Shown here piece by piece: positions 49,701 to 63,548 of a DNA stretch of 64,000 bases (its first letter is position 1; each line of letters starts with the position of its first letter). The notes beneath the pieces were generated by a model. The model was given only the letters and a program-made list of their open reading frames with translations, searched no databases and was not told where the DNA came from. A program made the translations under genes and the position numbers. Source of the DNA: Laetmonice hystrix (taxonomy: Eukaryota); NCBI GenBank assembly GCA_965235115.1, contig OZ249442.1:20708001-20772000 (forward strand), written 5' to 3'.

Positions 49701-52700
49701 ACATTGAACTTAATCTTTAACTGTCTGATTGTACCTGTTTCAGATCTCGATGAGATGATCGTCAAGGTGGTGGTAGAGAGCCGGGACGCCTTTTTTCCGA
49801 TCTTTACCGACGAACCCCGACCTCTGAAGGCGGTCGTCCCACTGTGGGTCCGGCCCCACACTACCATCTACAAGGTACATTCCGTCGACGCCATGAAATA
49901 CAAGATGCCTGTCAAGTACCAGCTTCAGTCGGGTGAGTGTGTGCCTGTCTGAGTAATTCACAAACAGAAAGGCTCCGTCAGGGAAAAAAGACAGGAATGT
50001 CAACTTGGAAGGGAATGTGATGATGCCCGACTTTATAGCTATTTATAGTCCCTTTTTACGGATCTTTTATGCGGATCAAATTCGTATACTTTATTCCTTT
50101 TCTCCAAGTCGTCTCCTAGCAACCATGCATTAAGCAGGTTCATTATAGATGTCTAATGGTCTTATTTTCGCGAACGTATGTCATGATTGTTATCTGCATG
50201 CAGGTTTTTCTGACTGAGACTGGCTTAATATAGCCTATAGTAAGCTGACACCATTGTATTATCCTTAACCCATCGTGTATACAGGACTACTTTGTTCGTT
50301 ACTTGCGCTTCTTCTTACCGCAGTTTTGAGGAAAAAAAATCTGGGAAAGCACAAGTGAAAAATCAGTACTCAAAGCAAAAATGCAACTGCAAAATGAACT
50401 CAAGGAGCAGTCTGCAGTGCGATCGCAGCGCCGTGCGGTGGTGCGTGCGGAATTCAACCGTATGAAATAAAATAAAATCAATATGGCGAAATGCGCCCAC
50501 AACCAGGCGGCGCTGCGATCGTACTGTGGGCAACATAGGATCATAATGTACAAAATGAAATCCTCTAATACTCGCCCCGTCTGTCTGTATCAGGAGGCAA
50601 TGGGCGGTTCACAGTGGACCCTGACAGCGGGGAGATTAAGACGTTACTGCGGCAACCGTTCGAGCGTTGTGACAAGTATGACCTGGCCATCTCGGCTCAG
50701 ATTGTTGGAGCAGCTCCTAGCCGGACCACACCGTCCCAGTTAGTTCAGGTCCACTGTGGTCACCTCCCGCCACAGTTCTACAGTGAGAATTACAACCTGA
50801 GTATGAACGAGTACGACATCAAACCAACCGAGCCGTGAGTATACGACTACAAACTGGAGAGAAAAAATTCTTAATCTTTAACTTGAATAACTTGGTCCAG
50901 AATTGTGAATGTTTACATGTAGAGCCAGGGCTTTGGCCTTAACTGTGTGCGCTTCGAATTAAAGGGGCAATTTTTAAAATTGTTTTTCCTTTTTTTTAAA
51001 AATAATTTAATTGAGGCAGTTGTTAAACAATTTAGGCCTAACGTGGTCTGATCCGCCTCCGTTTTAGCGTTGCCATCATCAAGGCCAAATCATTCTACGA
51101 GATCCCCATCGAATACACGCTGACGTCAGAAAACACAAGCGTTCCGCTCGCTTTCTCTATCGAGCGACGCACGGGGGCGCTGCGAACAATGCCTGCCAGG
51201 ATGTCGTACCTGACCGACAAACGACTGTACCGTATGGTTGTGAAAGCGTACGAGCCGGACAGCGGGTTCAGCTCGACCGCCAAGGTGAGCAGGGGAGGGG
51301 AGTCTAGACACCATGGGATAAATTAGCTGAAATAATGGGAAGCCATCTTTATGATGTTGTGATGTGGCACTAGGGGGCAGCACCAGAAAGTGGTGACGAC
51401 TTGCCCGACAGGTGGAGCCAGTAGTGTTATGGGGAAATTTCTCACCGAGTTGAGCATGCCACTCGGAAAACCAAACGTTTAAGTAAGAATAAATAATTGA
51501 CCTACTGATAGACATTTTATGGTCTTCCAACACCAGGTGGTTGTCAACTTGCGGGATATCAACGATCAGGTGCCTTACTTCGGTCCCAAAATCTACGTTC
51601 GGCGGGGTTTGCCTGAGAACACGCCAGTGGGAACTAGTGTTATTACAGGTAAGTGGTCGTGACGACAATAATTATTATTCTTGACTGGGCACTTATTGAT
51701 GGACCGTCTGGTGGATCGACTTTCATTCTGTGGCACTCCTAAGACCAATAGCCTTTTCCTGGATGTAGTTTGGGACTAGTTTTATATAAAAAAAAATGAG
51801 TGCATGCGTATGCGTAACCGTTAAGCAGAAAGTTCAGTTTTGAGAAACAAACTGGCACTGATGCTTTTATCTCTGCAGTGTCCGTAAAAATAACCACGGA
51901 TTAGCATGTGTATTTTGTACAGTCAGTTTAGGAGTGTACCCTTTAACATTATGGAATGTTGGTACATTTTAGTGTAATCATATAGTTTGTCATACCAGAA
52001 AACCTGGCTGTGTGAAGGTTGGATTCATTGTTTTCAGTGAAAGCGATTGACCGTGACGTTGGAGAGAATGCGCGGCTCACTTTTAACGTGAGCGACAGCC
52101 ATTTCCGAGTGGAGCAGCTCACTCCAGACTCTCAGACAGGAACAATCGTAGTGAACGAGTAAGTATAAAACACGCCCGCTGTGTTACTACATCAACAGTA
52201 ATCAGTGGATCCAGGCTTTAAATTACGGGGGTCCAACGTGGAAACTCCGGCAGAACGGGACTCCAAATGGGGGTCAATTAAGAACGTTTTATAAAAAAGG
52301 GAAACCTTTACGGCAAGGGTGTCGATCCCCCCCCCATGATACAGGCTGCTACTTAACAGTATAGCCTACCACCGCAAACTTCATTGAATATTTCCCCAAT
52401 CTTTTCTCCCCACCCAGTGAAAGCAGCGAGGATTGAAGCCGGATATCTCAATAGGTGTCTTTTCTTGGTTTTATTCGGAAAGAGAGTGTTTTACTATAAA
52501 AACCTGCGATTTGTCTTTCTGCCTCCCCCCACCAGGCCGCTGGATTACGACATGTTGGAGAACCGTTTCTACGAGTTCACAGTTATGGCCACTGACCACG
52601 GCTCCCCACAGAAGTCGGGCACGGCCACCGTACGGGTGTGGGTTACCAACGAGAACGACCACTCGCCCGTCTTCTACCCACTCGAACAGAAAGTCTTCAT

Positions 52701-55700
52701 CAAGGAACGATTGCCCAGTGGGACACTCATCCACGTGGTACAGGCCTATGACCCGGACGGGGCGGACGAGGGCCCGATAACCTTCAGCTTCGAGAGTGAG
52801 TTAATTTTCTTTTATTTCAGAGATGTTCATCAACCTAGAAATTTTATTATAGCTTTAGGCTTTATAGCTGCAAAGAGTTTGTAGAAGGAGGTCGTGTATT
52901 TTGACCTTATTACATTTTGAAGTTTCCCCCGAAATTTCTTTTGTACTTTAATTCCCTCTAATTTCTTTTCCACTCTCCTACCGTAATTTCCTCTTGATAG
53001 TGCCTTTGTAATTTCCTTGCCATTGTTCCTCCCAGAATCCTATGCATGTCATTGCCCTGCCCTAATGTTCTTTCCATTACCCCTCCCTAATTGCCTTTCC
53101 ATTGCCCCTCCCCAAGTGCCTTTCCATTGCCCCTCCCCAAGTGCCTTTCCATTGCCCCTCCCTAATCGCCTTTCCATTGCTCCTCCCTAATTTCCATGTC
53201 GTTGTCCCTGTTATACAGGAGGTCAGACGTTGTATGAAGATGTCCTCCGAATCGACCCGACCTCAGGCCGGATCACGCTAGCTCAAACCATGGAGACACG
53301 AAATAGATCAATGAACATTACGGTGGAGGCGAGCGATGGCGTGAACCGGGCCAGTAAAGGCTATGTTATCATCGGCTTCATCGGTGTCAACAGGCCACCC
53401 CAGTTCTTGGGTTGTACCCAGATAAGGGCCTCCCTACTCGAGGGTGAACCAGCTGACACTGGGGTCATTAACGTAAGGCCCTGTCTGGCTGGACGTTTCT
53501 CTCTCATTGCTATTGTACATGTATTTGGCCAGGTTTACTGGAAAGGCTCATTTCAGGAAGGATTTATTTTCTCCTTAGTGAAGACTAGGGGCCTATATTT
53601 ATAAAGAAAATCCCGACTTAGGGGTGTGTGTTTCATTAAGCAAAGATATTTTTGGCGAAGACATTTTGGAAGACGTCTTCGTAGTTACACTGTTAAAAGA
53701 TGGTAGTGAAACCTACTGAACCGTGTTTTTACATCTATATCGTGAGAATTATGCATAACGATTTGATACAATGTTCTCTGATCTTGACTACAGATAACAG
53801 CCTTTGACCCCGACTCGAGCGTCAATGGACAGCTACGGTTCTCTATGGTCACAGATCACCACAGGGAACAGCTCTTTGACGTGCGCATGAAGACCCCAAA
53901 CATGGCAGAAATCTTTGCTCTGAAATCTCTCGACCGAGAACGCATTGAAAGTGAGGCGGACTCTTACGTTGTTGGCAACCAGATCAAGTACCCCGTGGTC
54001 GTCAAAGTCAGCGACGAAGGCCGGCCTCCCTTATCGACTACGTGTTTCTTCTTGGTGACAATCAAGGATCGAAACGACAAGAAACCTGAGTTTGACGACA
54101 ACCCGTACCAAGCGAACATCACTCTGTCACCGCAGATTGGCTCCAAGATGATACGAGTCTATGCAACGGACGTGGATGAAGGACCCAATGGGAATGTGAC
54201 TTACTCACTGACAGAGCAGCCCAGTTCATGCTCGGATTGCTTCAGGATTGATCCCAAGACGGGCTGGATTATCCTCACAAAGTCGCTGGGACCGGTAGGT
54301 TGTTAATTCTGGCAACAGTCTGAATGTTTAATTCAAGCTATGAGACAGGATATACCTATGATGTTCGTGGAAGCATTTAGAAAATGTTTAGGCCTTGAGC
54401 CAATCAGCAATTTCATGTAGTGTTCACAATAAAAGCAAGAACCACAAGTGGAGGATCATATCTAGAAATATTAATTGGTCTATTCTGGGGTTGGGGGTCC
54501 GTAGCATTGTGCGGCCAGTACCTTTCATGTCCCTGATATATGCACCCTGTTCCCCCCAGCTGACCACCAGCCGACTGACAATGAAAGCCACTGCTCGGGA
54601 CCAGGGCACTCCGCCCAAGGAGAACTCGGTCAACGTGGTCCTGATCCGGACAGACAAGCCAAACTCTGTGCCGCCTAAGTGGATGCCCACTGGAAACAAC
54701 CAGGCCATCGAGGAACTGCTCATCACCCTGCCGGAAAACTACAAGCCGGAAACCATCCAGAACTACACGTTTCGGGTGCGCTCAACCCGGCCGTCTGAGG
54801 GCTTCAATTTCTTCATCGTCCGAGGGCGTTACGTGGAGCTCAACAAGGATGCCGACTTTGTGGCCGTCCAGGTGGAGGACCAGGAAAACACTATGAAAGT
54901 TAAAGTCGCCAGGTCACTTGACTATGAGAAGACGCCGCAATACGTTCTACAAATGAGGGCATCGGTATGTAACACGCTTTCTTCCTATTTTTGCAATTTC
55001 TTCAAGAGGGACCCTGACGACGTAGACCTATTTAGGGGCCTTTGGAAATGCTAATAATTTGTGACAGCTTTGCCATCCAAGGGGGTTGACTAAAACCAGT
55101 GGTATTTTTTAAAATATTGAATTGCGGAGCGTGACAGATCATCGCATGTTACCAGACATACCAAGGAGTTTTGAACTCGTGAAGCCAGGCCAGACAAGTG
55201 AGACCATAGAGAATTGATTTACTTACACATTCTGTAGTCTCGATAAACTGTATCTTATACTGATGACGTGTTTGTAGTACCTGGACCTGGACACCAGGGA
55301 GCGCTCCGACACCCACCTGAGGATTCAGTTGACGGACGTGAACGACAACAGTCCCAATTTTATCGGCCAGGACGAGAACGGTATCTTCCCGGCAGCCGTG
55401 TCGGAGGAGTCGCCAGCTGACACGGTGGTGGCCTCCGTGTTCGCCATCGACAGGGATGGCACCTCCCGCTACAACACAGTCAGTCACTGCTTACTGTCTC
55501 CGTCTCTCTCTCTCCATCTTTTTATCTGGCCCCCCCTTTGACTCCTGCTCAGTTCAACTGGCACCCCGCCATGTTTCGTGGGAGGCCAGTTCATAATAAG
55601 AAACAAGATAGGATTTGGTTACGAACAGAGATACGCATTTTGTAAGAGAATGGTAGGTTGGTCCCACTTCAGCTTCTGGGACCTCAGCCCCTCTCGTCCT

Positions 55701-58700
55701 CTTTCTCTTTAGATAGAAATAAATCCTCATTGTGTTCCTGCACCCTGTCTCTCTCTCTAGGTGCGGTATTACTTTGACCCGGAGTGTGAGGACTGCGATG
55801 AGTTCCGTATCGATAAAAACACGGGAGAGATCAGGTCGGCACGCTCATTCCGACGGACAGACATTTCCCGCGACTACCCCCGCCAATATAACTTGATCGT
55901 GTTCGCCAAGGACGGCAGGGAAGGCGACCCAGACTGCCAGCCCCCAACCGTCACCAACTGCCGCAATCCAAGCCGTCAGTATACAGCCAGCGTTTTTACA
56001 GTGTTTTTTTATTATTGTAATTTTTAAATCTTTGATAATGTTAAACCGTCTGACATTCCATAGGTTTGCAATTTTCCCTCCAAACCTAAGAAATTTTGAA
56101 AATAACCGGGACCAGAATCTTTACCATTGTTGCAGGAAACATGCCATTACCGGCTGCCTGTAATGCTAACCGAAGGCCTTAATTTCTATTTTGATATTTA
56201 CCTACAGCGACCAAGGCATCCGTGCAGGTGGCCGTGCTGCGTTCGAGCGTCTCACCACCCTACTTTAAGGAGCGGGTTTACACGGCGTCTGTGCCTGAGG
56301 GTTTCTGGTTTGAGAGACCCGTCAGGGCGGTCACTGCATACGACCCCGAGCCAGGTAAGGAGACCAACAAATAAATGGTGTGTAGAAAAAAAGACAAAAG
56401 GGAGAAAAAAGAGATAATCAGTTGAGTTGAAGAGATGTTATTATCTGGTTTTATGTGAGTTCAGTTTCAGAGAGTCGAGGACTTGTTTATACACTGTAGT
56501 AACAAAAAATACATGTTGTAGTCCACCTGCTTATTATTGTATACCTTGGTCAAGTGTTACGTAACGTAGGCCTCAACATATCATCACCTAGGCCTGTATC
56601 CCACGTCCGTACAATTTTATCAGAATATACGAAAAAATAATGTGACTTTCAACATGGACAGTTTATCTGACGTGACACAACGGTTTTTTTCAGCCATCGT
56701 GGGGCCTTATAAAAGTAGGTAGACTGTAGACCCCCCCCCCACCCCCCGAGGTGGTAGTTGGCGATCTAGACGCCCCCTCCCCCCTCACCCCGAGGTCGCC
56801 AGATGGGTCGTATTATTTGACCCTCCGTCAATAGCCTGATTTTGTTGCATACAAATGTGCACGACTGATCTGATTGGTTTCCCCGTATATTCTGCATGTA
56901 TGATTTTAACACATGTTTATTCTTTGCCTTCTAATAACAGGATTCAGGGTTGCGTGGTCATTTTCAGCGAGGAAATTAGTGGTGAAAAAAACATGGCGGG
57001 TTTTTGTTTAATGTTCAAGTGTCTGTGAGGAATTAGGGAGTACCACGGTGATTGGAAACTTTGTTTTCCGCCCCCAACCGACCATCATCATTTCTCCCCT
57101 AGCCTTCATCTGCAATTCGACCAAATCCCCCCAGTGCCATGTGGAGGATGAAAGTTTATTTTGCATGTTTTTAAAAAGTTTTTTTTAAATTTTCAAAGGT
57201 ACTACTAAAGGGCTTGGCCGATGAGAAAGTAGAAATGTGAATGATTTCTTAGTTGCATGCTTAAAAATGCGGAGGAATGGAGGCAGTGATCCTATAAATA
57301 AACATAAATATGACATTCACTCCCTGCACTATAGCCTTGCACAGTGTCCTAATAGAGACAGGGTTTATCTGTGAGTAACGGTGAGGGTATACGTTATAAA
57401 TGGACAAACTAGTTTTACAGGAGTCTGACGACGAAAGGATAGAATACTACAGATTTAAGGCATGCTTGCAATAATAAATCATAAAATTTATTAATGAGAT
57501 TTAAGTGAAATAGATGAAACAATGACGGAATCACAATGCAGTAAATTCATGTTGTCAATTCTGGACGGAGAAAAAAAATCCCCGGAAGGATGGGGAAAAA
57601 TTGGAACAATAAATTGGTCTTAGGGATGCACTATGCTATAATAACTTCAGGAATTATAGACCAGGTAATATACATGTCGAGCACATGCATATATCATGAT
57701 CTTTGAAGTAAAATGTTTGAATTAAAACAGTAGAAAATCAAACAACCCTAACGACACGCACTTCACCCATAACAAAATAAAATTAATCAAATTATAAAGA
57801 AAATATCTGAGATAAAGAAGTACCTGTAGAATGATTAAATCTAAAACTTACCGTCGTTGATCGTCTCGTCGTCTTATCAAAAGGCTCTCTTTTTGATGTG
57901 GATATAAAAATCCAACAGATTGGGTCCGATTAGATTCGTGAATTCTAAATCATGTTTCTGTCTTCATGAGCGTTTGATTCACCGAGTCTTGCTCATCACG
58001 TAGCAAGTCTTTGCCTGCCTCGAGTGTATTAGAACAATCTATTACACACAACGGCTGACATAATACAATCTAGGCAGGCACCTCTCTAAGTTTGTCCTTG
58101 GCAATGACATATTGAAGTACTATACAGTATTGCGTTATAGGGATAACGTAATGACCACGTATAATAAGATGATGTCGTATCTTCATATCCCTAGATCTAA
58201 ACAACGTTCAGTATGGTATCATTGGCGGTAACACAGACCACGCATTTGCTGTCAACTTCCAAACTGGGAATATTGTCCAAGTTGGCCAACTCGACATAAC
58301 CAAGAGCCCAGTGAGTATAATATGTCATCATAATATGGAAAAGAAACTGTTTTTTACAAGTACTGATTTACAAATCAGAAGCGTTAAGCCAGGAATCCTT
58401 GGGTCCATAGCACATATTGCGTAGTGCATAATCAAAACAATGAAAACACACATTACACACTATGCACACATGAAATCACCCAAACATGTTTTCATTGATA
58501 GTGATGAATACGCATTACACACTACGCAGTATGCATTGCGCGTCGCGTCACCACTACGTACACGTGGATTCCTGGCTTTAAGCTTAATCTTAAGCAAGAA
58601 TTTCCGTAGCTGGAATAGGCGTATGTGAGTCCTGTATTGATGGTGACGATGGTGAGATGTTGAAAGTGCTGACAGTTTCTAATGTCCGCTATATTTGTTT

Positions 58701-61700
58701 CAGTACAACTTGACGTACAGGGTGTTTGACGGACAGGTCCAGAATCGGACCGTAGTTACTATCACCATCACGCAGTCCAACTTTCAACCACCTGGGTTTA
58801 CCATCACTGGAGACGAACCAGTCTACACAGTCGATGCCATCACTGAAAACGATGACAATATTCCTTACCTAACTGAGGTACGTATCAAACTGCCTGTAAA
58901 ATAAGCACTGCTTTAATACATATCTTTTATTTTTAGTCAGCGTAATAGAAAATTGCTTCTCAGAACTGAGAAGGGACCAACATATTACAGAACACTCATT
59001 GGAAATCGATGTCCTTCAGTAAGACCAGTGTAGTACTGTGAAGACACCAAAATGTTAGCTGCAATATCGGACACCAATGTATAAGTATTATCCCAATTTG
59101 TTGTCCCAACCCAGGTGGCTGCCATACACCCAAGCCGGGACCAGCCCGTCCGATACAAGCTCGTAGGTCACTTCACGGAGGATGACCCAACACGTTTCTC
59201 AATCCGTGAAGACAACAACAAGGCTAAGATTTACCTTGATAAAACTCTGGATCGCGACTACCCACTCGGTCACGACACATGGCAGTTCAATGTGGAAGCG
59301 AGCTACGAGAACAGCCGCAGTTTTAACAGGGATACGTGGGATGCAGACAAAAATAGTTATGCGCTCGTCAATGTGAACTTGAAGGATGTCAATGATAATA
59401 AACCTTTATTCGATAGCTGCTGTCTCAACGGTGAAGTCGCTGAAGATGTCTCTATAGGTCCGTTTGGGTTATTTCTTTTACCCATTGACCCTTTTGTTAA
59501 ACACAGTGACCGTAATAGGCCTGGTACTAATGAGCCCAGAGGGCTCGGCCCATACTTCAGTCATATCTGTTTTTAAACACTATTGTACGAAAAAAAGTAG
59601 AGTGCATTTACTTATGATATTTTACCGGTTAGTATCTTAGAGGTTGTTATGACCACATGTTTATAGACCAATGCACCAGGAGAAATTCTGACATTTTTCT
59701 TGTTTTATTTTTGGTTGCTAGGGTCGCCAGTGATGAACGTGGTTGCTAGGGACTACGACGAGGGGACGAACGGCGCTGTTAACTATTACCTGATTGGCGG
59801 AGACGCGGATCTATTCTCTATCGAGACCGGCACTGGTACATTGAGGACGGCCGTCGGACTGGACAGAGAGACGAAGGACATGTACTCGGTAGTGGTCAAG
59901 GCTGAAGATCTGGGAACACCGGCTAGACAAAGCAGTAAGTATTGGATTGCTTGGAGGTAGAATAAGAACACTTAGTAAGTAGGCCTATATTGCAATTTGA
60001 ACATTAATTTCACTTAGGAAATCGAGTTGAGTTAGTGTCCCTCTGACCGTATACAACTATGGGGTGCCAAGTGTTACCTTTATAATTTCGTACACGAAAT
60101 TCTTTTTCGTAAATGAAGTAAATAAAATTATAATTTCGTGCATGAAATTCTTTTTCGTAAACGAAATTATAATTTCGTAGACGTAATATCCATTTCGTAT
60201 ACGGAATGACATTTGGTCTAGACAATCGATTTCGTCAACGAAATTCACTTTCGTCTGAACAATCATCCATTTTGTCTATGAAATGGAATTTCGTCTCCAT
60301 AGTATTCATGTCGTGTCCGAAATTCTATTTCGTCTTCACAGTAAATCCATTCTGTCTCCGAGAATGATTTTCATCTCCACATTATTCATTACGTGTCACG
60401 AACACGAAATTCTTTTTCGTAAACGAGATGACATTTCGTCTACAGAAAAATTAATTCCATCAACAAAAATTCACTTTCATCTCAACAATCTACGAAATGG
60501 AATTCCGTCTCCATAGGTATTCATTTCGTGTACAAAATTCTATTTCATCTCCACAGTACATCCATTCCGTCTACGAAAATGATGTCACATTTTGCTCCTT
60601 ATATTAAGTATGATTTCGTCTCAACAATTCTATTCCGTATACAGAATGGAGTTTCATCTCATTAAAGTTCCTTTTGTGTACGAAATTCAATTTTGTCTAC
60701 ATAATAATCAGTTCTGTCCACGGAATAGACTTTCGTGCCCATAAAATAGAATTTCATACACGAAATGTTATTTCGTCTCCACAATAATCCATTCTGTATA
60801 CAGAATGGAATTTCGTCTCCATCATGTCCATTTCATGTGCCAAAAATGCCATTGAAACGATAGTGAATTTCGTTGACGGAATTGATTATTGCATAGTCGA
60901 AATGTCATTCTGTATACGAAATGGATATTACGTCTGTATTACGTCTATTATGATATTTCGTGTATGAAATTATAATTTCGTTTACGAAAAAGAATTTCGT
61001 GTACGAAATTATAATTTCGTTTACAAGAACGAAATTATAAAGGCACCCCATATACAACACCTGTTATGTTTGTTGCAGCCGTTGAGACCGTATGGATCAG
61101 TGTTGCGGACGTGAACGACAACCCACCAAGGTTTATCGACAGTTCGTACTCTGTGTCAGTGAAGGAGGACACGTCGGTCGGTGGCTCGGTCACCACCGTG
61201 TCGGCCGAGGATGTCGATACCGGACCTAACGCTCTCAGGACGTACACTGTGGTCAACTCCAATCATTTCTACATGGATTCCATCTATGCAGCGGGTACAG
61301 GTGTACTCAAGATCAAGCAGGTAGGGAGAGGCAAATTTAAAATTTCCCGTTTACAGTTTAACCGAGCAATCCAGAATAACCTAGAGGTATATATTACAAA
61401 TGGATGACATATTGTGTAACTTTATTTGCAGCCACTCGATTACGATGGGATGGGGCCCAGCAAGGTGTTCATCTTTAACATCCAGGTTCAGGGCCCGGCA
61501 AACAACGACGTGGACCAGGCTCAGATGACAGTTACCGTACTGGACGTCAACGACAACGCGCCCGTCATCAGTCCGGGCGTCATAACCATCAGGGTGCCAG
61601 AGGATGAGCAGGTCGGGAAAAGAATCGCCACCTTCAACGCTACGGACGCCGACTCCGGACCCAACAAACAGTTCAAGTAAGAGGACTACCCACACCGTTG

Positions 61701-63521
61701 TATAGGATCAATAGGCTCCATGGAAGCTCTCGGAATCCTTAATTTGTACAAATAATATTGGATAGCAAGTCAGCTTCCCACCACATCCCCGATCTTCATT
61801 GATTAATTCAAATTTTTAGATTCTTCATTGACTACCGACACTCCGACCAGAAGAAGCGGTTTGCAATCAACCCTGAGACAGGAGTGGTGAGCATTCGGAA
61901 CAGACTGGACAGGGAGGATGTGGTCCACCAGAACGTCACCATTCTCTGTGTCGACAATGGTAAGAGAAACAATGTGTCACTATTCTGTGTCTCGGCAACT
62001 GTAAGAGAAACAATATGTCACCATTCTGTGTCTTGACAACTGTAAGAGAAACAATATGTCACCATTCTGTGTGTCGACAACGGTAAGAGAAACAATATGT
62101 CACCATTCTGTGTGTCGACAATGATAAGGGAAACAATATGTCACCATTCTGTGTGTCGACAACGGTAAGAGAAACAATATGTCACCATTCTGTGTGTCGA
62201 CAACGGTAAGAGAAACAATATGTCATCATTCTGTGTCTCGACAACAGTAAGAGAAACAATATGTCACCATTCTGTTGCTCGACAATGGTAAGAGAAACAA
62301 TTATGAATATGTCACCATTAACTGTATAAGAGCAATCAATAATATTGTCCATTGTCATGAAATCTCCATAATTTAATGGCTGGTCATAACGTGTGGATTG
62401 GTTTTGTGCAGGCGAGCCCCAACTGACAGGCACAGCCGTTCTGCAGGTGGAGGTCCTGGACGTCAATGACAACGCGCCCCAGTTCGGTGACCTTGACCTG
62501 ATTCCCACAGTGCCTGCCGAAGTGTCCAGCGGGTCCGAGGTGGCCCGCCTACCAGTCGTCGACATGGACGCCCCAGAGAGTGGCCGCTCCTTCCAGGTGG
62601 AGATTGAGTGTGACCGGCCAGAGAATGAACGATTCTGTGACGACTTTGATTACAAGAACGAACCAAGTATGTAGAGATCAGAGTGGTTATTATGATGATC
62701 AAATGTTGCAATAATTCTTGAATGTAAACGTTTCGCGCACAGAAGTTACAAATTTAGTTCATGAGTGTCAGCAGTCTGATCATGGGCAGGGGTCTTCCAG
62801 TCCTCAGCAATACCAGGTACCGCTCCCCATACATATTGAATGAGAGGCAGTGCAGGCTGCAATACTTCAGAGCTCAGCCTCAGTAACATTGCACCTCCCG
62901 AAGTGGGGACATCCTCGATCAGGGGATATCACGTATGGCGACATTCTATTCAAGCCTCACTAACCAGTCTACTGAGCATTCCCAAGAAATATTTCCGATT
63001 TGGTGATGTCGCATGGGAGAGATTTTTTGGTGGGACACTTCAAACAGGCGATGGCTCCAATCTGGAGATTTTGGTGGGGATTGGGGTTAATGCGACAAGG
63101 CACAGTCTTCAGCTATTGCCCCCCTCTCATGCCATTTAACACGGCTCCTAACATTTAAATGAGGATCTCCGAGTTTAACGGATCTGGGTTCTCTTTCAGA
63201 CAGCCGAGGTGGCCATGACTTCGTCATATACAGCAAGAAGGACCGCTACCGTAGGAGTCCCGACTCCAAGTACTACACGGCTCTGGTGGACATGACAGAC
63301 AGCGGTACGCCCCCCGTCCGAGCGGTCAGACCTATCAAACTGGCAGTCCAGAGCCCCCCAGGGGAGCGCCCCCCTAGCGGGTCTGTGAAGAGAATCCAGG
63401 TATACAATTACCAGGGTCGGTTTGATAACGTGGAGCTTGGCCACGTGTTCAAGGTGGATGGCGACCGAGCAGCGTCCAGGACCTTCAGATTGGCTAATGC
63501 TGAGGACGATTCGGGGTTCAG
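46779..63521 (+). CDS. CadN: Type III classical cadherin (neural/N-cadherin-like), 3'-partial
   Basis: Exons 46779-48006, 49744-49932, 50594-50834, 51068-51284, 51537-51648, 52038-52158, 52536-52795, 53219-53472, 53794-54294, 54560-54964, 55278-55478, 55761-55974, 56208-56354, 58195-58310, 58704-58877, 59115-59457, 59722-59934, 61079-61320, 61432-61676, 61820-61959, 62412-62666, 63200-63521; all phase-compatible. Signal peptide MKWKSLTLVAGFFLCHICVTFS, furin-type RRRHRR, about 17-18 EC repeats (DxNDNxP, LDRE/LDYE, AxDxD), then KRIQVYNYQGRFDNVELGHV resembling the start of the non-chordate cadherin domain. EGF/LamG/TM/cytoplasmic exons are outside the window, so orthology is provisional. Confidence 0.93.
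53075..53195. repeat. ~24-bp pyrimidine-rich tandem repeat in a cadherin intron
   Basis: GCCTTTCCATTGCCCCTCCCCAAGT-like unit, about 5 copies, just upstream of the 53219 acceptor. Confidence 0.85.
58387..58577. mobile_element. MITE with TTA target duplication inserted in an older MITE
   Basis: AGCCAGGAATCC at 58387 and GGATTCCTGGCT ending at 58577; TTA on both sides; the joined flanks restore AATCAGAAGCGTTAAGCTTAATCTTAAGCAAG of the 1895/4130 family. Confidence 0.8.
60058..61052. mobile_element. ~1-kb foldback-like element with long TIRs and ACGAAAT/ATTTCGT repeats
   Basis: TATGGGGTGCC...TTTATAATTTCGT at 60058 versus ACGAAATTATAAAGGCACCCCATA ending at 61052; IRs extend ~200 bp; TACAAC directly flanks both ends (60052-60057, 61053-61058). 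Confidence 0.85.
61936..62301 (+). repeat. 41-bp minisatellite x9 spanning a cadherin exon 3' end and splice donor
   Basis: TCACCATTCTGTGTGTCGACAAYG|GTAAGAGAAACAATATG; the first copy contains the true donor at 61960. Confidence 0.96.
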
Positions 63522-63548
63522 GTAGGCTTGGCGGAAAGAATCAAATAG

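Noticed and set aside
60010-60516. Small ORFs in the cadherin intron
   Set aside because: They are translations of ACGAAAT modules in the foldback element.
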